Source: Promethearchaeota archaeon
GTDB lineage: Archaea > Asgardarchaeota > Heimdallarchaeia > Hodarchaeales > Hodarchaeaceae
Direction: 5' to 3'
DNA length: 20,540 nt
Assembly: GCA_048939725.1 (NCBI GenBank)
Contig: JBHLPG010000050.1
Location: forward strand, 1 to 20,540
The notes under the pieces are model-generated. The model saw only the letters and a program-made list of their open reading frames with translations, did not search any database and was not told the DNA's origin. Of the stretch, positions 1 through 7,631 are shown piece by piece (positions within the stretch are counted from its first letter, which is position 1; each line of letters opens with the position of its first letter). A program made the position numbers and the translations under genes.

Positions 1-299
1 TTATTTTGATATGGATTAATACCCTCTAAAACAAAAGCTCGCACACCTGAGGTAATAGCATCATCGACATCAGTATTTTTTATTGCATAAGAGAATAGTA
101 GATAGAGAAAGATGAGTATAATCAACCCAGAAACAGGGTACAAAACCTTATAATCATTCAAATACCTTCTGAAGAGAGAATGAATTCTTCCATCTTCCTC
201 CTCCTTGTGGTACTGAATCCATGAAATCCATAAAGAAATAAAAATTAAATTATAGAGGATAGGTCCTAAAGTAGTGAAAATAATTTCAGAAAAATCCAT
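1..299 (-). CDS. Membrane protein, N-terminal 99 codons (gene runs off the left edge); putative GT-C-type (DUF2029/PIG-M-like) glycosyltransferase
   Basis: ATG at 299 on the minus strand, open to position 1 by hand translation: MDFSEIIFTTLGPILYNLIFISLWISWIQYHKEEEDGR...LIILIFLYLLFSYAIKNTDVDDAITSGVRAFVLEGINPYQN. Two hydrophobic helices are followed by an acidic DVDD loop and G-x-NPY. This resembles the first loop of GT-C enzymes at pattern level only. Not in the ORF track because it is open-ended. Confidence 0.5.
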   Translation of the reverse strand, partial: MDFSEIIFTTLGPILYNLIFISLWISWIQYHKEEEDGRIHSLFRRYLNDYKVLYPVSGLIILIFLYLLFSYAIKNTDVDDAITSGVRAFVLEGINPYQN

Positions 300-381
300 T
301 TTGTTATTCATCTAATTCTAATTTTAAATTTTTAATTAAATGGACTGAGGTACGTTATAAATTATGAATAATTCTTAGTTG

Positions 382-534
382 TCATCCTTTTTCGATTTTC
401 AAGCTTTTTTCATCAAGGATTGAAAAGAATATTGTGTCTCCCTTTTTCCATCCCATTTTTTCAATATACTCTTTTGGAATGGTTATCACGTAAGTTGTTC
501 CTGTATTTGTTTTCCTTTCTTGTAGTTTAGGCAT
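382..534 (-). CDS. Small AbrB/SpoVT-domain DNA-binding protein (50 aa)
   Basis: Hand translation from ATG 534 to TGA 382-384: MPKLQERKTNTGTTYVITIPKEYIEKMGWKKGDTIFFSILDEKSLKIEKG. It matches the swapped-hairpin AbrB/MazE pattern (x-V-x-IPKE...G-x-KKGD-x-hydrophobic...L-x-I-x-K). Below the 60-aa cutoff of the ORF track. Confidence 0.6.
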   Translation of the reverse strand: MPKLQERKTNTGTTYVITIPKEYIEKMGWKKGDTIFFSILDEKSLKIEKG

Positions 535-727
535 TTTTTCCTCTTATGTAATGGAAACCACTTAATTTTTATGTTTTTTGTATGCTTTTAGTCATTATTA
601 TTACATTATTAATAACTTATTTATTATAGTATATTTCATTAGAAAAACATTTATAATTGCAGTATTATGCATTATTTAGTAGGAAGAATTAATGACATTA
701 TTATAATACAGGGATAGAAAGAGTCAG

Positions 728-1969
728 ATGGTCTCCAAAAATAGACATTTCTGTTCAGTTCACCTGTGGAAATTAACTAGACTATATGTTCTCTTGAATC
801 ATGATCTTTGGTTGTTTCTCTCCTCGTTTTTAAGAAAAACCACAATATCAGGGCTATCAAAAAGGTTGAGAATACAGTATAAAGTTTTAACCAATTTTCG
901 TGACTCCCCTCAGAAGTCAATTTCTGTAAGAAATTTGTTTAAAATCTGCAAAGAGTTGAATTTAAATTTTGAAACAGTTGAAAAGTCAATACGAGCTGTA
1001 CGTTTTTCTAATCACGGTAAATTAGAAAAAATCTCTTTTCCCTTTAATATGGATATCTATTCTTGGCGGTTGATCTGTCATATTATTGGGGATGGAACGA
1101 TCGACAAACGACATTCCTTTCCTTCCTTAACTTGGTCTCAAAACTTAAAAAATCAAGTAGAAATACGTACCTTAATAGAGAGATTAAGTCGTTATCCGAA
1201 TGGTAATAGCATACGAGTTAACTACCCTAAAGGTTTAACTTATGTAATCATGAAAGCTATTCCAGAACTAACTGTTAATGATTTGAAAAAGCCCAAATTT
1301 GTACAATTTGTAATTAACTTGCCATCTGAATATTATGACTGGAAAGTACAATTTCTTACAGCTTTTCTTCTGGATGATGGTAATGTGGGGAAGAATATCT
1401 CATTTGCTCAAAAGAAAAAGGCAATCTTAACTAATGTGATGCGATTATGTGATCAGCTTGGTTATGATCACACTCCTTATCCGCCGAAACTACATCCAAA
1501 TGGAAGAGTTTACAGATTTCGTTTATATCAAGGAGGAGTACTGCAGTTTTATAATGATCTCGAAAGAATCGCTTCTAATGATCCAATATTAGGACTGTGG
1601 CATAAAAAGAGTGATTTGGAATCGGTTATAAACTCGTACAATTTAGATAAGGGCTCAGCATTACGAGACTCACGGGAATTTTATGTTACTCTTCTTGAAA
1701 TTCTTGGAGATCATCAGATAAAAACTACTATAGATCTCCGTAAAAATCCAAGAATACAATCTTTTCTATCAAAAAAGCATCCCAACTTCCTATTACACCG
1801 CTTATACTATTTACGAGATAAAGGATTTATTAGGCATGTTAAGAATAATGAAAAAAGACCTTCTTCGTGGTGGATTCCCCCATCAAATGACCCTGTAAAA
1901 CTGTCAACAGAATTTCGAAAAAATTATGGTCTTAAATCGTTTACATCTTCAAAGAGGGTGAAATTATGA
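728..1969 (+). CDS. Free-standing double-motif LAGLIDADG homing-endonuclease-like protein with N-terminal HTH and C-terminal winged-helix-like region
   Basis: Two LAGLIDADG motifs sit 95 aa apart: WRLICHIIGDGTI (Asp codon 1091-1093) and FLTAFLLDDGNV (Asp codon 1376-1378). N-terminal TISGLSKRLRIQYKVLTNF looks like an HTH. C-terminal LLHRLYYLRDKGFIRH looks like a wHTH recognition region. Confidence 0.7.
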   Translation: MVSKNRHFCSVHLWKLTRLYVLLNHDLWLFLSSFLRKTTISGLSKRLRIQYKVLTNFRDSPQKSISVRNLFKICKELNLNFETVEKSIRAVRFSNHGKLEKISFPFNMDIYSWRLICHIIGDGTIDKRHSFPSLTWSQNLKNQVEIRTLIERLSRYPNGNSIRVNYPKGLTYVIMKAIPELTVNDLKKPKFVQFVINLPSEYYDWKVQFLTAFLLDDGNVGKNISFAQKKKAILTNVMRLCDQLGYDHTPYPPKLHPNGRVYRFRLYQGGVLQFYNDLERIASNDPILGLWHKKSDLESVINSYNLDKGSALRDSREFYVTLLEILGDHQIKTTIDLRKNPRIQSFLSKKHPNFLLHRLYYLRDKGFIRHVKNNEKRPSSWWIPPSNDPVKLSTEFRKNYGLKSFTSSKRVKL

Positions 1970-1976
1970 ATATCTG

Positions 1977-2204
1977 TGTTTTCCAGATGGCATACGACAA
2001 TAAGAAATAGAGAAAAATTATGATTCATGAACCTGGGATAAGATAAAACCAAGTATCATTGCTAAGGTACTTCCTGAAGTAGTGTTTGAGTCCTTGACCT
2101 TCTTCTTCGCGGTGGTACATAAACCAGAGAATCCATAAAGATACAAAAATGAGATTGTAGAGGAAGGGCCCTAAATAGACAAACACTAGTTCTGAAATAT
2201 CCAT
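1977..2204 (-). pseudogene. Truncated, nonsense-containing 5' fragment of a paralog of the glycosyltransferase gene at 1-299
   Basis: ATG at 2204 on the minus strand gives MDISELVFVYLGPFLYNLIFVSLWILWFMYHREEEGQGLKHYFRKYLSNDTWFYLIPGS, then TGA (2025-2027), then in the same frame IIIFLYFLLSYAIWKT. About 42 of 76 aligned residues are identical to the N-terminus encoded at 299-72. Homology stops near 1977. The tracked 71-aa ORF 2062-2277 is a different, spurious frame. Confidence 0.55.
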
Positions 2205-2299
2205 AAAAAACCATCTTGTAGTGAAATTTGTCGTTTAGTATTTGCTTAGAAAAGAATATAAGAAGTCCTCGCCTCAAGTCCTAGATTGAGGTTTAATTT

Positions 2300-3442
2300 G
2301 TGGAAAAAACCACGAAAACTGATGTAGAAGTTACAGAGATCTCGTTACGCCAGGCTTTTGATAGAAAAACGCTTTTACTACTGGGAATTGCCGCGATAGC
2401 GCTATTGATTTACCTATATTTAGGAGAAGTGAGCATTTTCACCATGATTGGGATTATGTTATCAGCAAATCCAATAATTCTTCTTTTAGGTACTGTATTC
2501 ACCTTTATTGCCATTTTAATTGATACAATTGCTTGGAAAGTTCTCTTAGGGATTTCTTCTATCCATCCATCCACTTCATCTATCTACCAAGTTCAACTTG
2601 CCTCATTTTCTTATGGGTTATTAATTCCCAGTGCTGGAGCTGTAGAAGGATTAATGCGTATTGCCTTAGGAACCCAAGAGTTTGATAATGAGTTAGAAAA
2701 TAGAAAAGCGACAAGTGGTGAGATATTATCAAGCGTAATTGCTCATAAGCTATGTGGATTGCTTGCTTTCATCCCTATTTCAGTTTTTGTGGCATTTGCG
2801 ATTATAGCTTATTTTAACGAAATCGTTGAAAATTTGACTGGTCAATCATTATCCGATGAAGTAGCCATTTTCTTTGTCATAATTATCTCTTTTATTTCGA
2901 TAGTTGTCATCTTATTTTTTGGTTTAGTTGCAAAAGCGCCTAATACAGCAAAAGCAGTCGTCACGAATATTTTAAGAATTTTTTCCGTTTTTCCTCTTAT
3001 TGGAACAAGAATGAGGGATCTAATCGAACCATCTGAGAAAATTATAGATGATTTCAGCATCCAATTCTCATATCTTGCTCGAAATAAGTTTTCTTCACTA
3101 ATAGCGCTTATATTAGCCTTTTTTTCACAAATTGCCCACTGGATTTCTATCTATTTCATTCTAACTTCCTTAGCTGGAATAACAATAACACTTGATCAAG
3201 TGGCTGCTGTTAATTTTCTAGGAGGTACAATTGATTTTCTACCTGTCGGTATTCCAGGAATGGCTGGATTGAAAGAGATTACTCTTTCTGTTTTTTTAGA
3301 TATTGGTTTAGGATTAGGTTCTACATTAGCTGCATCTGGAGCTATTTTGGTACAATTAATGAAGTTTTATTTTGTAATTATTGTTGGACTGTTAGTCTAT
3401 GTTGCAGGTAAAACCAAGGTTACTTCTCATGTACAGGAGTAG
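2300..3442 (+). CDS. Polytopic membrane protein, UPF0104 / lysyl-PG-synthase-TM (flippase-like) family
   Basis: 380 aa and hydrophobic throughout (8 or more predicted helices). The N-terminal IDTIAWKVLLG region sits where the family R-x-x-R-W motif lies. GTG 2300 is the first start after in-frame TAA 2294-2296, with GAGGT 7-11 nt upstream. Confidence 0.6.
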   Translation: MEKTTKTDVEVTEISLRQAFDRKTLLLLGIAAIALLIYLYLGEVSIFTMIGIMLSANPIILLLGTVFTFIAILIDTIAWKVLLGISSIHPSTSSIYQVQLASFSYGLLIPSAGAVEGLMRIALGTQEFDNELENRKATSGEILSSVIAHKLCGLLAFIPISVFVAFAIIAYFNEIVENLTGQSLSDEVAIFFVIIISFISIVVILFFGLVAKAPNTAKAVVTNILRIFSVFPLIGTRMRDLIEPSEKIIDDFSIQFSYLARNKFSSLIALILAFFSQIAHWISIYFILTSLAGITITLDQVAAVNFLGGTIDFLPVGIPGMAGLKEITLSVFLDIGLGLGSTLAASGAILVQLMKFYFVIIVGLLVYVAGKTKVTSHVQE

Positions 3443-3479
3443 CTTTGCTTCTGATTGATGTTACATATGAAAATGCTTG

Positions 3480-4088
3480 TCAACCATGTTCATGTCTATC
3501 AAAAATATAGACACCTGAAGTAAGCAGTCCTTTTCTATGAAAAATGGAGGCACCTAGAATAGGATAATCAATCGTGATTACTTTACATGAATAGTTTTGT
3601 TTTTTGAACCTACAGATTTCAAATGGATAGAATTCATAATAATGCCCCTGGAATACAAAATTATCTACTCCTCGCAAGATTCTACGGAGAAAATTGAATA
3701 AGGGGCGTATGGAACGACTTTTAGTTGTTGGGACGATTATTATGACCCGTTTAATTGCAATTCGTAGCATATCCTCAATGACTGATGAATAATCCTTAAT
3801 ATGTTCGATAACGTCAAAAGATACAACATATTCAATTGATTGATCTGCAAAAGGAATTTTCATTGCACTTGCTTGGATAACGTTCTCTTGTTGACCAGGA
3901 TTGAGATCAATGCCTAGAACATCTTTATATTTCTGTTTCAACCGATTATGACAGTATAGGTGGCCTCCAACATCTTTATCCCCACAACCAACATCCAAGA
4001 CTCTTTTAGCGCCCCTTGGAATAAACTGTTCAACAATATCCATCTTATTCATACAATATTGGTGATATATACTCGGAATCGAACTCAC
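3480..4088 (-). CDS. Class I SAM-dependent methyltransferase
   Basis: Motif I VLDVGCGDKDVGG and post-II region VVSFDVIEHI (Methyltransf_11-like). Start is ambiguous: GTG at 4088, or ATG at 4052 or 4043. Confidence 0.8.
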   Translation of the reverse strand: MSSIPSIYHQYCMNKMDIVEQFIPRGAKRVLDVGCGDKDVGGHLYCHNRLKQKYKDVLGIDLNPGQQENVIQASAMKIPFADQSIEYVVSFDVIEHIKDYSSVIEDMLRIAIKRVIIIVPTTKSRSIRPLFNFLRRILRGVDNFVFQGHYYEFYPFEICRFKKQNYSCKVITIDYPILGASIFHRKGLLTSGVYIFDRHEHG

Positions 4089-4341
4089 CAGAAGTTTTTT
4101 CAGGCTAACCTTAGAGAAAAAGGCTTAAATTTATTAGTTGTCTTATTTCTTTAAGAAATCAAAACTTGGGTTCGACTATTGCAGAATCTCCGCAATCATT
4201 TTAATTGTTAAAAATTGAGGAATATTAAAGATTTAGGCATAAATATTATTTAAAAGGCAATATTGTGACTCAACTGATGACTTGTCATCACGCATCACAT
4301 GTAACAATTGGTTTATGGGAAAATAATAGAAGGAACTGATT

Positions 4342-5676
4342 TTGGCTTTACCTGAATGGTTTATTTTACAATCCCCACCTAATTTAGATATAGATATCAA
4401 GAAGTGGAAAGAATTAGCGTGGAATAGGGTGAAGCTTCTTGAGGAGCTTCCTAAAGGGCGATCACGAGTTGTCCGAGATTATTTCCCACCAACAGATGAT
4501 GATTCATTAACACAGATATATAATGATTACCGTTTAGGAGCATATCTCCTCAGATTAGTTGCTGCGACCAATCGTAGGTTAGAGGCCTGGTTGATAGAAA
4601 CGGAAGGCGATCTATTTGAATATTTGTACTCTGATCGCACATCTGGAGATCAAAAGTGGGAAATTTTCAAGTGTTTATTTGGTTCTGAGAACGTAATGAC
4701 CTATGAAGAGTTCAAGTATAAAATGGACGAAAGGCAAAATGAATATTTAGCTGACCTCTATCACCAATTTTATTCGGCCCGAGGAAGGGTATCAAGTGAT
4801 TTCCTGACGTGTGTTCATTTCACTCAAGTTCCATGGATGGTTTCAAATCGACGAGGATACCTTCGAAAGGGATGGGTAATATCAAATGAAAATTCTTTTC
4901 GAGGGAGTCTTAAGAAAGCTTTTGAAAGCAAGCTCCAAGAAGAGGTGGTAAAAGCTCAGGATCGATTGGGAGTAATCGAAAGTATAGATCAAGCAGTTGA
5001 GGATATTGAACAAAACCTCGCAAGACACACTCAAATTCGTTCCCAATTTTCTTCTGAAGAATTCGAAGGGAGAGACCTACAATCACATCCTGAAATCTTT
5101 CCTCCTTGCATGATATATCTATTCTCAGAATTGGAAAATACAGGACGTCTAATCCACGCACATCGTCTTCAATTAGGTTTCTTTCTAAAGAAAATTGGGA
5201 TGGCTGTTGAAGAACAACTGCTATTTTGGTATGAAAAATCTGTAGATAATCTGAATATTACCTATGAAAATTTCTTACGGACTTCTGGGTACCAAATACG
5301 CCATCTCTACGGATTAGAAGGTGGAAAGAAGGATTATAACGTTCCAAAATGCTCTACTATCGCCACAAGCTATTTCTGTCCATTTGTTCATCTAGCCCCA
5401 GCAATTTTACTCGAGTTTCTTAGTAAAAATTACCTAACTCATGCAAGATCTTTGACTCCACCAAGGAATCACCTTGAAAGAATTGTTTCTCAGAGCGGAA
5501 GTAATCCAACCTTGGCTTGTACGATGTATTTTCCGAGTATCTTTAAGCAATCTCTCTATCGAAAAATAGTTCATCCGTTACAATGGGCTAGATATGCTAG
5601 TCGATTTGAAGGATTAATGGTTGACCAGGAGGAGAGTGATTCATCGGTAAATGAAGAGGCGGAAAGAAATCAGTGA
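4342..5676 (+). CDS. priL: DNA primase large (regulatory) subunit PriL
   Basis: 444 aa. The C-terminal domain has four Cys in the usual Fe-S context (FPPCMIYLF, VPKCSTIATSYFCPF, LACTMYF). TTG 4342 follows in-frame TAG 4327-4329. The stop overlaps the priS start. Confidence 0.85.
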   Translation: MALPEWFILQSPPNLDIDIKKWKELAWNRVKLLEELPKGRSRVVRDYFPPTDDDSLTQIYNDYRLGAYLLRLVAATNRRLEAWLIETEGDLFEYLYSDRTSGDQKWEIFKCLFGSENVMTYEEFKYKMDERQNEYLADLYHQFYSARGRVSSDFLTCVHFTQVPWMVSNRRGYLRKGWVISNENSFRGSLKKAFESKLQEEVVKAQDRLGVIESIDQAVEDIEQNLARHTQIRSQFSSEEFEGRDLQSHPEIFPPCMIYLFSELENTGRLIHAHRLQLGFFLKKIGMAVEEQLLFWYEKSVDNLNITYENFLRTSGYQIRHLYGLEGGKKDYNVPKCSTIATSYFCPFVHLAPAILLEFLSKNYLTHARSLTPPRNHLERIVSQSGSNPTLACTMYFPSIFKQSLYRKIVHPLQWARYASRFEGLMVDQEESDSSVNEEAERNQ

Positions 5677-6656
5677 ATCAAGCTCAACAGCGAACCGCTC
5701 TTCGTGATTACTATTCCACCCATTTTAGCTTTGATGACCTATCAAGATTTATTGACTTTTCAAAATTTTCAACGCGCGAATTTGGTTTTGCTACATTTGA
5801 AGGGAAATTTTTTCGGAATATTTCTTTTGAAACCCCTAAAGCATTACTCGATTTTCTGGTAGATCGGACACCCTTTCATGCTTATATTGGTGCGGTATAT
5901 AGCGAACCTCCATCTCGGGAGAATCCCATTCATTCACTTGAGTGGATCGGGCATGAACTTGTGTTTGATATCGATCTAAATGAATACGATGCAGTACGAC
6001 AGTTTGTTTGTAGTTGCCAAGGTGCAGACCAAGTATGCATTCGATGTTGGCAACTAGTTAATCTTGCAGTTCATATCATAGATGAAACATTACGTCATGA
6101 CTTTGGGATGAAGGAGATAACTTGGATTTTTTCAGGACGGCGGGGTGTTCATGGTTGGGTTACAGATGATTTTCTGAATTCTTTAAATCAAGAACAACGA
6201 ATGTCAATTATTGATTATCTATCAATCATTCACGGTGAGGCTGAAACAGCACGAATTCAAGATCGTAAGAAGTTGAAGTATGATTTTAGGTATCGAATTG
6301 AACACACTGTTTTCAAATATTTTCTGAAAACTGTTCGCCGAAAAGATCTAATAGACCTGGGTTTCAGCTCCTCTGGAGCGACCAATATCATGAAGCAATT
6401 GGAATACCAAGAAGGGCAGATTGATGAGAGCTTGTTGAGGAATTTCAATCTTAGGATTGCTAAGATTAATAAATACGATGAAATATTACGACGATGGGTA
6501 CCACGGATAGATCACAAAGTAACTATCGATCTACGACGATTGCTACGATTGCCTACCTCTATACATGGAAAAACGGGCAAAATTGCACAAATATTAGATC
6601 CTAGTAGCATCTTTTCATTTAATCCTGATGAAGAATCTTCCATTTTTGCCAAATAA
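5673..6656 (+). CDS. priS: DNA primase small (catalytic) subunit PriS
   Basis: REFGF, catalytic DxD in FDIDLNEYD, Zn knuckle CSCQGADQVCIRCW, SGRRGVHGWV, RLPTSIHGKTG. GTG 5673 is the first start after in-frame TGA 5652-5654 and overlaps the priL stop by 4 nt (GTGA). Confidence 0.9.
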   Translation: MNQAQQRTALRDYYSTHFSFDDLSRFIDFSKFSTREFGFATFEGKFFRNISFETPKALLDFLVDRTPFHAYIGAVYSEPPSRENPIHSLEWIGHELVFDIDLNEYDAVRQFVCSCQGADQVCIRCWQLVNLAVHIIDETLRHDFGMKEITWIFSGRRGVHGWVTDDFLNSLNQEQRMSIIDYLSIIHGEAETARIQDRKKLKYDFRYRIEHTVFKYFLKTVRRKDLIDLGFSSSGATNIMKQLEYQEGQIDESLLRNFNLRIAKINKYDEILRRWVPRIDHKVTIDLRRLLRLPTSIHGKTGKIAQILDPSSIFSFNPDEESSIFAK

Positions 6657-6733
6657 GCCTTGAATAGACAAAAAAACTGCAATAAATGCTTCATGTGTGT
6701 GAAGGGAGAAAAAAATTAGAATAGACCAAAAAT

Positions 6734-6856
6734 TTTCGAATCACCCTTTTACGCTTCTTTTTCCTCCTTCCATCTCTTTGTTTTAGGTTAAAAATCCCTT
6801 ATCTTCCAATTGTTTTCTCAATCTTTCATTTTTAATATATAAAGGGTGAATCGGAA
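6734..6856. repeat. Long-range inverted repeat (16-nt arms, core TCACCCTTT/AAAGGGTGA) enclosing a 91-nt pyrimidine-rich segment
   Basis: 6737-6749 cgaatcacccttt pairs with 6841-6853 aaagggtgaatcg (12 of 13 Watson-Crick). It is extendable to 6734-6749 / 6841-6856 with one G-T pair. Confidence 0.5.
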
Positions 6857-6938
6857 TCATAGCTGATATGAAATTCTTGATGTATCTCTTTTAAGATCTG
6901 TATTAGCTTTTTACTAGTGAATGAAATGAGGTTCCACG

Positions 6939-7061
6939 ATGTTTTATTGCGAAAGAATTGGGAAAGAGATGTTTGATACACAGGAATGTACGAGCATTGA
7001 TTGTGAACTCTATACTGATGAATGTGACGAAAGACTACAACTAATCAGTCAAACAGAGTAA
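6939..7061 (+). CDS. Hypothetical small acidic 4-Cys protein (40 aa)
   Basis: ATG 6939 is preceded by GAGGT (6928-6932). Product MFYCERIGKEMFDTQECTSIDCELYTDECDERLQLISQTE, with Cys at 4, 17, 22, 29. No recognisable family; it could be a chance ORF. Confidence 0.25.
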   Translation: MFYCERIGKEMFDTQECTSIDCELYTDECDERLQLISQTE

Positions 7062-7065
7062 AATT

Positions 7066-7599
7066 TCACCTTCTCAATTTCTTTCTCTGTATTCCTTGGG
7101 GATTTCCTAGCAGATTAAGTAAATAATGAATTTGTCCCCGATGATGTGCTTCGTGAATGTAAAAGGCTTCCAGTAACTCTGTGAACTCCATTTCTTCTCC
7201 CCATGGAGCCTTAACTTTCCTATGGAAGCTTTCTTCTTGACTCTTCTCTAGAAACAATTGTGTTTTATCCTCGATTGCGGATGATAGGTTTTTAATCTCA
7301 TTTTGAGTAAAATGGGGTAATTCATTCAATTTTATGTCATAATCCCCAACCCATTGAGCCCCAACTCCAAAATCTTTGGGTGATGCTGAAGGGTCGAATT
7401 TCTGATGAACGTAAACAACTTCTGAAGCTAACATATGCCTGAAAATTTCATCGATTGCCCATAAATGTTCTTTAGGACGCTTAATGAAGAGTTCGTGTGA
7501 CAGATTATATTTCTCTAAGTATTGCCAGAGTTCTTTTCTGTGTTGTAATACTCGCTTGTATTGAGATTGCCAATAATCTCGATAGATTGAGACAGTCAT
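7066..7599 (-). CDS. DinB-family (DinB_2-like) metal-dependent four-helix-bundle protein
   Basis: 177 aa. His-triad pattern with FRHMLASE and the C-terminal HEAHHRGQIHYL signature. Confidence 0.8.
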   Translation of the reverse strand: MTVSIYRDYWQSQYKRVLQHRKELWQYLEKYNLSHELFIKRPKEHLWAIDEIFRHMLASEVVYVHQKFDPSASPKDFGVGAQWVGDYDIKLNELPHFTQNEIKNLSSAIEDKTQLFLEKSQEESFHRKVKAPWGEEMEFTELLEAFYIHEAHHRGQIHYLLNLLGNPQGIQRKKLRR

Positions 7600-7631
7600 T
7601 AAAACCTACCTTAGCAAATTTGCTAATAAAG

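Noticed and set aside
382-534. AbrB/MazE-like ORF as the antitoxin of a toxin-antitoxin pair
   Set aside because: No MazF, PIN or other toxin ORF is adjacent on either side. The next same-strand gene is the membrane glycosyltransferase 82 nt downstream.
728-1969. LAGLIDADG domain as part of an intein or intron
   Set aside because: There are no extein sequences or splice-junction residues flanking it. The ORF has its own start and an AT-rich upstream region, and no rRNA or tRNA host gene is nearby.
2062-2277. Tracked 71-aa minus-strand ORF
   Set aside because: It is the wrong frame of the glycosyltransferase-paralog fragment. The frame starting at 2204 gives the homologous peptide, while this one has no recognisable features.
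2842-3060. Tracked 72-aa minus-strand ORF
   Set aside because: It is entirely antisense within the confident UPF0104 membrane-protein gene. It has low-complexity composition typical of AT-rich shadow ORFs.
3960-4154. Tracked 64-aa plus-strand ORF
   Set aside because: It is antisense to the methyltransferase 5' end and has no motif support.
4274-4339. Possible C/D-box sRNA (CTGATGA at 4274-4280, CTGA at 4336-4339)
   Set aside because: There are no internal D'/C' boxes at the expected 12-nt spacing and no terminal stem. The first box position is C rather than a purine, and the D-like CTGA sits in the priL RBS region. The TGATGA is better explained as half of the 16-bp palindrome.
4910-5161. 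Tracked 83-aa minus-strand ORF
   Set aside because: It is a shadow ORF inside priL.
6257-6694. Tracked 63-aa and 60-aa minus-strand ORFs
   Set aside because: Both are antisense to priS, which has strong motif support. They have no features of their own.
6657-7065. Replication origin next to the primase genes
   Set aside because: The region is AT-rich, but I found no reiterated ORB/mini-ORB-like elements (only a lone GTTCCAC at 6931-6937). There is no adjacent orc1/cdc6 gene.
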